Shown here: positions 27,301 to 40,494 of the stretch, piece after piece | Numbering within the stretch: the first letter of the stretch is position 1 | Layout: every line of letters starts with the position of its first letter | Source of the DNA: Hyphochytrium catenoides | Lineage: Eukaryota; Protista; Hyphochytriomycota | Length of the DNA: 64,000 nt | Direction of reading: 5' to 3' | Assembly (NCBI GenBank): GCA_900088475.1 | Contig: FLMG01002864.1 | Coordinates: forward strand, 62,001-126,000 | Program-made: the position numbers and the translations under genes | The notes under the pieces: model-generated | What the model saw: only the letters and a program-made list of their open reading frames with translations | Databases searched by the model: none | What the model was told of the DNA's origin: nothing

Positions 27301-28008
27301 ACCTGTGCTACAACTGACACATTGACCTCATGGAGTGACCCAGCAAGATATACCTCATGTGCCAAGCTGCCCAGGATGGGCTAGAGAATTGATCAAGAAA
27401 GATACGTCAGTATGTGCAACAGTCTCGTCGTCTGGCCGTCTTGTACCTTCAACGACCTTATGAGGAGCTCCATGTAATCGTAGCCCTGCCTCGCATTCAG
27501 TGAGAGCATCGATTGACTGTTTACAAGGACAGTCATAAGTACAGCCTGCCTCTTAAAGGACGCCATGAACTCTCGCACCTGACATCCAGAGATATCGCTA
27601 TGCGGTACTTTTTGTACATAAAATGGAGCCTGGTGGCTGGCAGAATGACGAGACAGCTGTCACCCGACTTCTGCTTTGCAGATGACGCCCCATCGTCCGC
27701 TTCAGACTGATGACCGACTAATGATAAGTTCTCCTGCAGCTACGGAGGATCATAAGAAACGAGTCTCATTGCTCAGACTGCCTTTTCGGTACCTTTACGG
27801 GCTCCAGAGGCGTATATGTCGACGGCACTGCAAAGGCAGCGTAAAGGTTGGACAGGTGCCATAACACTCTCTCATTCTGCCCAAAAAACGACAGATTGTC
27901 CACTAAGAGGAAGAGGTCTAGGGCTTTGTGATAATTCATAGTTTCCTCATGGGGACCTCCCGCTTCCTGGGCTACCCCGGAGAGGTGGTCCTTGGCTTGA
28001 GAAGCCAT
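12385..28008 (-). CDS. SZT2: KICSTOR scaffold subunit SZT2 homolog, multi-exon
   Basis: The N-terminal DLFLLVDNLSFFGQNERVLWHLSNL and TRLHFMYKKYRIAISLDVS match the SZT2 N-terminus. Other supporting segments: PVLVLVTD..HDITCHVLQ, LLEVRTREGF, RVNQLLLLQHLHETHACSSLLIP, LHPFQVSNRKQIFVYKEKTGNVFYLRL, and the C-terminal FVHSLCHFLW*. Long ORFs (922, 639, 508, 390, 367 aa) were joined by GT-AG introns at every junction checked. Confidence 0.9.
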
Positions 28009-28607
28009 ATATTATGGGATTTGGGATCCCTAAGTGGATGAAAGTCTTTACGTTCCTCCTAGGTTAACGTCATTTGGTCCTGTCCGTTGGCATAATGACG
28101 AGTTGTCCGCCATATATTAGCCTTCACCGCACTCAAATCTAAGCGCGTTCAGGCGGTTATGACCCCACTGCCAGTTAGACGGTGGACCCTGGCCCAGGAT
28201 GATGTTGAAGCTCTATTTGAGCTTTCCCAGATGAAGATCAGATTGATGATGATGTTGAAAACTGCTACGAACACAGCGATGAGCGATGAGAATCCAGAAT
28301 CATGATATTGAAAATCAATTTCCACTTTCAGAACAACGCGGATAGATCAGGTACTCGATAACTAGAAGCTCTTTCCGTAGGTTATCGGTTTTGTGGTATG
28401 TTTCTCCATAAAAAACGCCCACCACCCAACCCCAAAGGATTATCAAAGTGCGAAGCGCCGAAGAGAAGCTTCTGATCTTCCGAGGCACCGCGTTCTGATG
28501 CAAGCTTGGGATGGATTGAGTTGAAGACATTTTTGAAGCTTCACTTCTGGAGACCATGAGCGTAAGATAGACTGGTCACATTGCACTGAGAAGCAAAGGT
28601 ACTCAAT
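28009..28607. promoter_or_regulatory. Putative bidirectional promoter, SZT2 / DDX52
   Basis: About 600 bp separates the divergent ATGs at 28008 (-) and 28608 (+). Positional inference only. Confidence 0.5.
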
Positions 28608-31589
28608 ATGGAGATTGATCTATTCAAGTCTCTCAAGGCGGGAACAAACTTCGCAACCACTAAGAATAAGGACCATGTTCAGTTCTTCAAGCGTTCAGGT
28701 AATAACACGTTGTAAGTGGCGTTAAGTTCTCATTTAGCTCACTTCATGAAAGCTCCCTTAGATGCTGCAAGCGCCGGGATATCATTTCGAGGAGCGGGAC
28801 CCGCGAAAACGCTTGATTTTTTTGGTCAAGCCCCGAGTTTAAGGTAAGCCGTCGGACGGAATCCATCCTTGATCGCACCAACCTGAACCATACGCATAGT
28901 AAGCCACGTCCGGAGCAGCCGAGGCGGAGGACGAGTTCTATCGATATACCCGGTTGGGCTGGAGGAACTCCAGTGAGGTCATCAAAAGAGGGAAGCAAGC
29001 AGCGAAAGAAGCGGAAGTTAAGCGAGGAGGTGATAGCTGCAGACAATGTGGAAAGAGAACGGTTGAAGCTGGCGGCGGAGCTAATGAGACCGAAGAAGAG
29101 CAAGAAGGCGCGCAAGAAGAAAGGCCGTAGTAGTTCTGACCAAGACATCTTAGAAGGTGTGTTACCCAATGCACTTCTACTCGTCCGATAAGAACACCCT
29201 TTAGCACCCTTTAACACCCATTCTCAGCAGAGGAGGACGAGGACGGCGGGCAAAGTGGTGAACCTGGGGAAAAGGACGACGGCGCCTCTGGTGTTGCCCT
29301 TTTCAAAGGTTCTAGAGTGGTGGCAGATGAGTCCAAAAAGAAGCGGACGTCAGCGGAAGAGGAGCAGATTCGGTAGGCTGACCGTTAGCTCGACGAGAAT
29401 ATGTTGGCCAATGAGCTGAAGGAAGAAGAGTCTGAGCTGTACTATGTTCTAGGCAAGAAGAGGATAGCTATTTCCGGCATAGGATGAATATCCACGTATC
29501 TGGAAGCCATGTTCCAAGCCCCTGTCCCACTTTCTCTTCCATGGATTTTAGCGCTTCCATTAAGGGCTTGTTGCTAAAAAATATAGAGGAATCAGGTAGG
29601 ATAAACTCCGTGCACTTTATGGTCGCCTGCCACTGAGAAGCTGGTGTACGGTAGCTTTCAAGGAACCCACACCTATTCAAATGCAAGCCATTCCCGCCAT
29701 GTTAGAGGGCCTAGACACAGTTGCCATTGCACCGACTGGTTCGGGCAAGACAGCAGCTTATGCGCTTCCCATCCTCTCCCGCCTAGGAACTCCCCGGAAG
29801 GTATTGATAACAACATTATGTGATGAGATCTCAGATGATAACGGCGACAACAGGGGGAAGTGAGGGCCATCGTACTTGCTCCTACGAGAGAGCTGGCGAA
29901 GCAGATTCATGCCGAATTCTCTCGTTTTGCCAAGGGTAAAAAGTTCAAGATATCACTCTTGACCAAGGCAACCGCTTCCACTGCGTCCAAAGACGGAAAG
30001 TACGCCCGTAGAAGCTCCTTTTTCAAATGTTAAGCCATGCCACTCAGCAGCTAAAGAAGAGTTGAACTGCAGGCATCCCGTAGCCTTCTGCGACGTCCTA
30101 ATTTCTACTCCACTGCGGCTGCTCCACTTATTGCAAGTGCAAGGTATAGACATTAGCAGGTCAGGAACTTTGAAGAAGATTTACCACAGGCGAACCTTAA
30201 CAATTTGTACTAACGATATTGGCCTGGACTAGATGCGAGATTCTCTGCATGGACGAGGCTGATAAGCTTCTTGAAATGGGCTTTCTGGAGCAGGTAGATG
30301 AGATACTAAGCACCTGCGGGACAGCGTGCAAGAAGGCCCAGAGATGCATGTTTTCTGCAACGATGCTCCAAGGGGTTGAGCAGCTAGCTCAGACTGTGCT
30401 AAGAGACCCAGTCAAAGTCTCAGTTGGAGTCAAAAATGCCGGAGCAGACACGATTGACCAGCGGCTCATCTTCTGCGGCCGGGAGGAGGGCAAGCTCTTA
30501 GCTATTAGGCAGTTATTCCAGGAGGTGAGAAGTCACGATACCTCTGTGAACGCGGAAGACTTTGTCATTGTAACTCAACGTTTGGGTCCTCTAGGGTTTC
30601 AAACCCCCGGTTCTCATCTTTCTGCAGTCTAAGGAGAGGGCCAAGCAGCTATATAATGAGCTTGTTTACGATGGATTTCACGTGGATGCTATTCATGCTG
30701 ATAGAACTCAGGAGCAGGTACAATTATCCTAGGGGCCCAGCTTAAAGAGGAGCGACTCATTGTTCTTTATTTCTATCAGCGTGACAGCATTATTAGAAGG
30801 TTTCGTATGGGTGAGATTTGGGTTCTCATCTGTACTGACTTATTGGCCAGAGGAATTGACTTCAAAGGAGTGAACATGGTAATAAACTACGATCTGCCCC
30901 AGGTAAGCCCTCCTCTGGTAGCTAGATGAAGGACTTACATATTTTTGCATTGTTTTGCTTCAGAGCAGAGGTGGTTGGGTCCTGTCTCCTCACCTCCTTC
31001 TAATCATTTCCCTCTTCCTCAAACCAACCCATGTTCCTTAGAGTGTGGTGAGCTACATTCATAGAATAGGGAGGACAGGTCGTGCAGGCCGAAAGGGTGT
31101 AGCCATTACTCTCTATACAGAGGCGGACATGGTAAGGTTTGTATCGTGTGAGTCCAAATATTTGAATCCTAAGCCACTCAAATTCAGCAATATTTGAGAT
31201 CCATCGCGAACGTTATGAAACTCTCCGGCAGCGAAGTCCCAGACTGGATGATGGTGCTGAAGAAGCCAAGGTATGTAGACTCCACGTATTTATACGAATA
31301 ACACCTGTTGACTCATTGCGGCCGTCGCATTCGTCTCCTCCTTCTGCTGCCGTCCACGCGCGTAGCCACAAGAAGAAGAAGAAGCTGGAGAAGGGAGCCC
31401 CAGTCAGGAAGAAGATTAGCACCGTTGCCGCGTATGACATAAAGAAGACACAAAAACGGAGGTACTTGGTTTGGCCTTGTGGATTGGCTCTGCTCGGAAT
31501 CTAAAGTCATCTGAACTTGTAGGCAAACCATTGAGCAGAATCGGCGGAAGAAGGATTCAACATCTAGTGCAAAGGCAGTCCAAAGTTGA
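28608..31589 (+). CDS. DDX52: DEAD-box RNA helicase DDX52/Rok1 (18S rRNA processing)
   Basis: N-terminal [12 protein letters not shown] and LDFFG; Q motif [13 protein letters not shown]; APTGSGKT; PTRELA; STPLRL; DEADKL; FSAT; [18 protein letters not shown]; ARGIDFKGV; [13 protein letters not shown]; [22 protein letters not shown] at 31587-31589. A TACTAAC branch point is visible at about 30208. Confidence 0.95.
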
Positions 31590-31819
31590 CATTTCAAGTT
31601 GAGGCAAGGGTATCTATTCAGTAACATTATCATACAGAGATCAAAAAGTACCTCTCCTTCAATTATCAAATCTAAAGTGTATGTCCTCAAAAGTGTAGGT
31701 CTTCATAGCTGCACTTCATTATTCGTACCTCAAGAATCACGTCATCAATCATTAACTTAGGGAGACAGAAAGAGCGTAGAGGATGTAGCTAATAAGCTCT
31801 CGAACCTCTGGAGGGGACA

Positions 31820-32986
31820 TCTAATCTTCCCGTCGTTGTATTTTAGAGGAAAGTTTTTTCACAGAGGTGACGTTCATTATTGCAGCTACAATGTAGTCTA
31901 TCTTCTGACGGATAAATCGGATGTTCTCATAAAGAGTTTGGCCGCTACCGGCTTGGCTATCTGGCTTGTGCTGTGGGCCGCATCCGCCAAACAAAGCTCT
32001 ACCTACCCGTCATTTTCCACTATCGCGCTTGAACTAATAAGGTCAGCAATGTTACACGCCTCCACTGGCCTACAACGCCAGGCACCCATTGATTAGACAC
32101 TTGACAAACCACTGAGTGACCGGGTCTTTTGGCTTCTCTTAGCTCTCGCTCTATCTAGCTGATTTTTGCGCAAGCTGCTAAGGTTGTGCGCGGCCTTTTC
32201 TAGAGGATCAGCAATGTGACATGGTCTGGGATCTAGCAACAGAGACTGCTGTCAAAGAGTAAAAGAGTAAGTTGTCGGTGCAAGCATTACCATTTCTCAG
32301 CCTTAGGTGACTCTTGAACAGCTTCTCCCGAGAGAACGCAAAACGCTCCATGTATACCCCCAACTGTTTCTTTAGCCTCCTGTTCTCAACTGAGATCAGC
32401 TTCTGTCTCTCAAGCAGCGTTTCAATCTCAACAGTGTGCTCCTGATCTTTACTCTCAGTCAGCCAATTTTTCTGTCGCATGGTACCATCGCTGGCGGTCA
32501 AGTCTGCAGGAGATTCTCAACTCACATTGGTAGTGTCACACGAAATTCATGGCTCTCAAACCTTCTACAGAGTTTCCGCCCTTCATCCTTGATCCAGTCA
32601 TTGCAGAGAGGCCCTAAGGAAAAGCCTTTTCATCTCATCCGGTCTCCAAGAGGGCATATAGTGGTGGACAAGGTGCCCTTGGCGCATTGGATGGTTTTGA
32701 GTGTACCCCGCCTCCCATGCAATCGTTCCTGAGGCAATCTACGCCATTAGTCCTGCCTCCACCTTATTCCCTGGGCTGGCTGACTTAACCCGGGGACAGG
32801 CCTGTGTAGGTCTTTATACATAAAAGTCGAACCTCGAGAAGAGGACATGCCGTAGCTCATGCCGTGCAAGTCGCCGTGGTGGTGATCGTAAGCAGGCAGG
32901 TTGGCGCAGCAGAGGGAAGGAAACCCAAGAGAGTGATGGACCCAAAAGTTCCTTTGAAAGTTTACTTCTGTAACGACCATGCTCAT
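31820..32986 (-). CDS. Hypothetical coiled-coil protein, multi-exon
   Basis: Exon-like segments EIETLLERQKLISVENRRLKKQLG and LYENIRFIRQKIDYIVAAIM..RRED*, with plausible splice sites. No family recognised; boundaries approximate. Confidence 0.45.
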
Positions 32987-33505
32987 TCCTGATACTGAGC
33001 CAGCACGATATAGTAGTAGTATCTCGTCGTATTCCCCAGGATATTAGGGTCTCATACGTTTGGTAGTGGAACAATCTCCAGTCCGAGGTTATGAATAAGG
33101 CGCATTGAATTCTAGACCAGAATGCAATAAGGTTGAGTGAAGAAACGCGGTGCTGAGTTTCGTTCGTTGTGCCTTGGCTGATGACCTCGTGCAGCCTTCA
33201 GCCCACATAAGAGCGCGATGGCTTCCACTCGTCCGGCGCGTGGAGGTTCTATAAGAGCCATCGAATTACATCTGTTTCGCCCTCAGCAGCGATGAGAAAG
33301 GCGAAGACAGATCTAGGTTCGAGCGTTGAGGGTATGATCGCCCATGATTTGAACTCTGCTAGGTGAAGATTGGCGCTGTTTAGCACCGAAGGTCTAGTCG
33401 GTGGGTTGAGAGCGATGCTTCAACTGTGGTGGCGGGTGAGCTCTTAAGGTCAAGTTAGCCAGATGAAGAACTAATCGCTGGGCAGTGCCGTCAGCCCTGG
33501 TGAAC

Positions 33506-36500
33506 ATGGCGCAGACCCGGAATGGGGATGAAGGCGACTCCCGCCTCATCTATATTAATCATGAGCGCCCGGGTGCTGAACTTAGAAAACCCGGGCAACC
33601 TTACCAGGAGGATGTATACACCCCGAACCGAGTCATCACCAGTCAGTACACCGTATGGAACTTTGTGCCGAAAAACTTGCTGAAGCAGTTCCAGAGGCTG
33701 GCCAACATCTACTTTTTGTGCATCTCCGGGCTCCAGATGGTCAAGTCTGTGTCAATCACGCAAGGAGTACCGACTACATTAGTGCCTTTATCTTGTGTGC
33801 TATTCGTAACAGCGCTGAAGGATGTTCTTGAGGATCTTGCCCGTCACAAGGCAGATACAATTGAGAACAACCGAGCAACACAGAGACTCAAGGTTAGCCA
33901 GCTCATTTCTCATCCTTGCTGATACATCCTGTGTAATAACGTCTGTCGCCATCGTCTTTTGTCAGCGGGTGGATCATAAAATGACAGAGGAATTGGAGGA
34001 AATCTCTTGGAAGGACGTAAAGGTGGGGGATGTCCTTAAGGTAAGCTTCATGCGGAGACAATGACTCACATATCCAGTAGAAAGTAGCGGGTGTGTGATG
34101 GAGAAGGGAGAACAGGAAACAGTATGAGACAGGAATGTACAAGTTGGGAAGGGTATGACTCTGTGGTTAAGAAGAGGTCATATAGGCAAGTTGGCTTGTC
34201 TTCTGTCTAGTCCCTTAGAGTTTCCTGTCCGTTAGATTCAAAACCGAGAGCAGATTCCTGCCGACGTTATCCTGCTGGCTAGCAGTGATAAAAATGGCCT
34301 CTGCTACGTGATGACGGCGAATCTGGACGGAGAGACAAACTTGAAACAGAAGCAGGTGCACCCAGACATGCTTTCGATGTGCTCGGATCTACAAAGTGTC
34401 GTCAAGTTCCAGGCCATAATAGAATGCGACAAGCCCAACCGCAGTATTCAGAGGTAAGTCAGCTACTACTCTCAAGAAAGTAGCAAGAAAGGGAAAGGCT
34501 TCAAAACTTGAGAGTAATGAAAGGATAGCATCACTGGGATGACGAATAGAAAAATTAGGTGTTGACAGAGGCAAGTCGTCGGGAAGGAGGACAGATAGGT
34601 AGAAGGTGGACGGCTAATCGAAAGGCTAGTTTGGAAGAATATTATGGAGTCGATGCGCTCCGTACATCGATGGTTGAGAACTACTAGCTTACAACGTTGA
34701 CTTTAGGTTTGAAGGGACCATCACTCAGCTCTCCAGTGGCCGACAGGTATCAGTCAACCCTAATAATGTGCTCCTCCGAGGGACACAGCTCAGGAACACA
34801 AGCTGGATTCTCGGCGTGGTGGTATACACAGGCAAAGAGACAAAAATTCAAATGAATGCCGTGGAGACACCTTTCAAAATGAGCCGTCTGACGCGGTTCA
34901 CCAACAAGGAAACCTTCTATGTCTTTGTCTTGCAGATCGTTCTCTGTTTTTCTGCAGCTATGGTAGGCGGCGTTCTAGGAACCACCGTTCCGACGGAGTA
35001 CCTAGGCGACACGTCTATCACGGCCGCATGGCAGGCCTTTCTACACTTCTGGACGTACATCATTCTCTTCACGAACTTCATTCCGATCTCGCTGCTGGTA
35101 ACCTTAGACATGGTGAAGTTCCTACAGTCTCTTATGATCAACAACGACATAGAAATGTACCACGCCGAAACCGATAACCCGGTGAAGGTGAGGAGCAGCG
35201 ATCTTAATGAGGAACTGGGCATGGTGGAACACATCTTCTGCGACAAGACCGGCACTCTGACATGTAATGTGATGGAGTTCCGTAAATGTTCCATCAATGG
35301 GGTGTCCTATGGTATTGGAACCACAGAGGTAGGTGTACGCGATCTATATGTGCCCAATATCCGCGTTTCGTACCACTTCTCTAANNNNNNNNNNNNNNNN
35401 NNNNNNNNNNNNNNNNNNNNNNNNNNNNNNNNNNNNNNNNNNNNNNNNNNNNNNNNNNNNACGATCACGCCGATAGCGCAGTGGATACCAAGCACCCGAA
35501 AACTCCTTACGTAAACTGCATTGATGAGAACATCTGGAGGGCGTTAGAAGACCCCACTGCTCCCAATCACAAAGCTTGTCAGGAGTTCTTCCTTTCGCTG
35601 GCGCTAAACCACTCAGTAATGCCCGAGATTGAGCGAGGAAGTCAACAGTTGATGTACTCCGCATCTTCGCCAGGTAATATCCGTCACTGCAAGCAACACC
35701 ATCGTGAAATGCACCTCCATAACGCCTTTGCTTCTTTCGTCTAAATTATAATATCAATGTCCCTTGTTGCCCTCTGCGCACGTTATCTAGAAGCTGTTTC
35801 TCTTTGTCCATATTGGACTTATCTTTGTCCTCATTGACGTACTTTCGTCGTCTCCTGAACAGATGAAAACGCCTTGGTCTGGGCAGCACGCCATTTCGGC
35901 TTCTTTTTCCAGCGCCGCGAGATCACGAAAGTGACCCTCGTTATCAAGGGTGTGGATAGTGAGTTCATCGTGCTGAACACTCTGGAATTCACCAGTGCAA
36001 GGAAGCGGAGCTCTGTGATTATCAGGCGCGGAGATGGCAGCATCGTCCTTTATTGCAAAGGCGCGGACTCCGTTATCAGGTACATCAGACCCATTTCTGA
36101 GCTTCTCTTGTGGCGGTCTACAGTCGCTGCCCATACTCCTTTTATCCTTAGCGTCTATCCTGCACATTCTCTTACTCGCCTCTGGCTTTAAAACTCCAAT
36201 CATCAGACTCCCATATGCACTGTGTCGGCTCCCTCTTTCGATTATCATTTGATCCCCGCGCTTGCAAAAGGTTCATACGCTGTCGATAAACTCTTTCCGC
36301 CATGTTGGCCGCACATGGGATTCTTGCGAGTGCTTTATACATCACCATGAAGCCACAGTCCCCGTAAACTCCTTCTAAGTCACGTGTTCTGCTAATTCTT
36401 AGAGAACGAGTTAGACGAGATAAGGAACACGCTGATGTAGTGGCCACGACTGAGAAGCATCTCATAGACTACGCCGAGGATGGGCTCAGAACGCTATGTC

Positions 36501-39201
36501 TAGCTAAGGTGGAGCTGAGCGAAGAGAAGTACAATGACTGGTGAGTGCAGATGTCGGCAAGAAGCATGCGAAAGTGAAGCCGGATGAAAGAGAAAATCAT
36601 TCTTGGGATGGGGTTCCAGGGGCAGTTTGAGATAGGGAGACAGAAAATCTGCGATAAGTCAGCGTGAATGTGGCGAAACATTCGAGGACCGGTGTAACGA
36701 CCCGACAAAGAACGGGAAGGAGCAAAGGGTTAGAGGTTAAGATTGGGGCAAGAACACTATGCCGATAAAGAAGGGGGAAATCTTACTCCTAGATTCCTTT
36801 AGGGCAAGGAAGTTTCACGAAGCGGAAGTTTCTATGGAGAATCGAGAGCAGCGTGTCACGGAGCTCATGGATAGCATTGAAACAGATATGACACTTCTTG
36901 GAGTCACCGCCATTGAGGATAAGTTGCAGAAGGGTGTTTCTACGGCTATCCAAAGCTTACGACTCGCAGATATTAGAGTACGTTGTCAGTTTGACAGTTG
37001 AATCTCCTTCAGGCGCAATCTCGCTCCCACAATCCTTCCAGCAGAGTTATCTGTTTTTGTCTGGGGTAACAAGGGTCTTTGTTAGATTGCTGCTTCTTAC
37101 ATCGGCTTAATTATCGGCAGGTCTGGGTTCTGACAGGAGATCGCGTGGACACCGCTATCAACATTGGACTCGCTTGCGGTCTGCTCACTCCAGACATGAA
37201 GCTAATTCAGCTCATCTGCAGCGACAACACCATGCACTGTGATGCAGAAGGTATTCCTAGTAAGGAAGATATTACCACGAAGCTGAAGACAGCAAAGAAA
37301 ATGGGCCTATGTTCCGATCAAGAGTTTGCCCTAGTAGTTGATAGTGGCGCTCTGGAAGCACTGCTGAGGCAAGGACTAGACGATGACTTCATTGAGGTAA
37401 TTCAGAGCTTCTCCTAAGTGTCGTCTGTGCTATGTCTTTAGGTATGCCTTCTCTTATGCATTGTTACACCATCTGTGGGAGGCAAAGAAGCTCCTGCCTC
37501 GCACTCACCAATATCCATGGTCAATAAGTCCCTTAGCCTTATACACACGCTCTCTTTCCATAGCTTTCTATCAGGTCATCCCGAGCTCCTTTCTTGGTCT
37601 ATGCATCCTCACAAGATTCATACTCACATCGTTCTCGTTTTGTTTCCCTTTGACTTTCTTAGTTGAGCAGCAGATGCAAGTCGGTAATCTGCGCCAGAGT
37701 CAGTCCAAACCAAAAGGGCGAGGTGGTCAATTTAGTTAAGCATAAAACATCGGCCGTTACTCTGGCTGTCGGCGATGGGGCCAACGATGTTCCCATGATC
37801 CAGTGTGCCCACGTCGGAGTAGGCATTGTGGGACAGGAAGGGCTGCAAGCAGTGAATGCCAGCGACTTCTCAATAGCGCAATTCCGCTTCTTAGAGAGAC
37901 TACTACTTGTGCACGGCAGGTAATTGACGAGGGCGGGGCCGACATAGATTACCACGCCGTTCAGTTGTTTGTCACGCTTCTCTTGCCCCTTGCCCCACGT
38001 AGCTAACTGGTCTTTGTCACCCCTGCTCTCACTGTCTAGGTGGTCATTGCGCCGTCTGTGCAAAGTCACGATGTATATGTTCTATAAAAATGCACTGCTG
38101 GTGTTGCCACAGTTCTACTACGGCTTTCGCACTCTTTTCTCTGGGCAGAACTTCTACAACGATTACCTCTATCAGCTCTACAACGTCGTATTCACCGCCT
38201 TCCCGGTCATCCTGATGGGTGTGCTGGACCAGGATGTTAATGCGAAGACGGCGCTAAAGCATCCGCAGATCTATAGTGAGGGAGTTAGAGGAGTCTTTCT
38301 CAATCACAGAAAGTTTTGGGTAAGCATGTCCTCTTTCTCTTTATCATGTTCTGTCATCTTAAGGAAAAGACTAGTTGGACTTCGCCTACAAATCTTCCAC
38401 ATCATATAGTTGGGCTCCTTCGCACGTGGTGCTGCTCTGGCGCAGTTGTTGCAGCTCTGACAGATTCGATATTCACTCCTTGCTAATTGTGCTTTGTAGG
38501 CTTACATGGTCGAGGCAACGGTCAATGCTGGCTTCGTGTTCCTCTTCCCGGCCCTTGCGTTTGGCTATGGGGTACACGGGCATAGCGGGAAAGTGAACGG
38601 AATGTGGGACTTTGGAATCCAGGTAAGATTCTCAGATCGCTAGATCTCCTTCGTTGGGTAGCCTCGTCGCTAGCTTCATATATCGTTTGCCGGGCTGGCC
38701 TTTCCTATACTCCAGTTTTGACAGTGGTTGTGTGGTCTCTTGTCTCTGATTCGCACTCGTCGCGCTGATCAACCCTCCGTCCGACTCTCTCTCGGGATTT
38801 TTGTCTAGATGAACTTCCTCGTCGTAATGGTGGCGCATCTTCGTATTGCTATTGACATCAAGTACTGGATCCAAGCCACCACTTTCTTCTTCGCCGTGTC
38901 AGTATTAATGTGGCTGGCAGCAGCCTTTGTCTTTTCAGCTAACGAGACATTGGGAACGCAGATCTACAACCGCGTTCCTATAGTTATGTCGACCGTGCAG
39001 TTCTGGGCCACGGTCTTCGCTGTACTAATGACAGTCTTTATCGGGTTTTTGGTGACAAGAGGATGGAAGCTCATGAAGAATCCTGAGTTTAGCGATCATT
39101 GCAGAGAGGAGCAAGAGGGGTTAGGTGCCCATGATGATGATCTGAAGTCACAGCTAAAGCTGTGGAAAAAAGAGCCTGCAATGCTTTGCACAGAGAACTA
39201 G
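33506..39201 (+). CDS. P4-type ATPase (phospholipid flippase)
   Basis: [53 protein letters not shown], phosphorylation motif [58 protein letters not shown]. An N-gap lies at 35385-35460. Confidence 0.97.
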
Positions 39202-40494
39202 GCGCAGATTGTTATCTGAGTCTTACTTCTATGCTGTGCAACACCCACATTAGCAACGTTATTCAGGACATAGCTGTCAGAGACAGGATATCCTAACAGA
39301 AACAAAGCTCGCAGCACTTGAGCTATTTATATCCTTCTGATGGCGCTCTCTCGTTTGTTAGTTGCTAGTAAACAGCTGTCAGAAGCACGAACAGACTTTC
39401 GTCTTTCAGGACATTGGCAGCAAGGATAAATTCATTCCTTCATGTCCAGCGACCTGCGGCTGTGAGTTCTCCCAGTCTGCACATGTTGCTTGCCACGAGC
39501 AAGTTTGCTTTGATGTTGATTCCTCGACTTCTGTCTGATGTAGCATACTATCACATTGTTCCCTTACGCTTCCCATATCCCAAATATCTCGGAGGACCAG
39601 CAACTGACATCATCGCCAGATGAGGTCGTTTGACCCTTTAGCAAGCAAACCTCAACGCAGGGTAGAGTAAAGAGCGACGCTGTGGATGGAATGGCCTTAA
39701 CGCTTGTATCTGCTCAGCCTATTTACGAAAAACGTTTATGGCAGCGGTCTCATCTGCTTTTCACCACAAGCTCTTGTAGCTGCTGCTGTTGCCATGCAGC
39801 ATTCATCTTGGCCCACTCCGTAGTTCTCCTGGACTTTCTCCTAGAGCGGGCTCCGTTACACTGGACCCACGACAATGCAAAGCAATTCCAGGGTTGAGCA
39901 CGCTATAGCTCTGTCCAAGGCGTGTCATCGTGGACCATCACGAAGAAGCGGCGCCCCTGTCTCGTGTCTGTCCAGCTCCTGTGTGGGTAGGTCGCGTTAC
40001 ATAGGAAGAGGTGGTGGTTGAAGTGCCCAAGATGCAGAGAAAACTTGACACTTGACAGCTGATGAGCGGCCATTATTCTGGAGCGGCTATACAATGTTAG
40101 TGAATATATAACGCATAACGATACTAGTCAGGAATAAGGGCCATTCTTATGTTCCCAGCTCCAAATTTTTTTCTGTCGGGCCATGGAGTGCATCGATCAT
40201 GCATCTCCAGAAGCACCTTCGCGCTGACTGACAGTAAGGCGAAGACGTTCTGAAGTTCTGGGTATTCGAAGCTCTGGCACCCTCTGTACCGCCATCGGTG
40301 CCAATCTTCATGTGCGCGTGAAAGTCCCCACGTCCAGCTCCGCAAGCTCTAACCTTCTGACAGCGGGGACTAACTCCTACCTCCTCGGGGTCCCTGGTGA
40401 CTAGCCCATAGGAATCCTTCGCTCTCGTTAGTTCTATAGACAAATGCTTCTTAAGAACCTCCGTGCAAAGGAGAGGCCCCACGGCTAGGGAAGA

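Noticed and set aside
28697-28973. snoRNA in an apparently long DDX52 intron
   Set aside because: The interval contains coding exons, including the conserved LDFFG.
39406-40482. Minus-strand gene made from chained short ORFs
   Set aside because: No recognisable motifs or consistent splice model; probably intergenic or promoter sequence.
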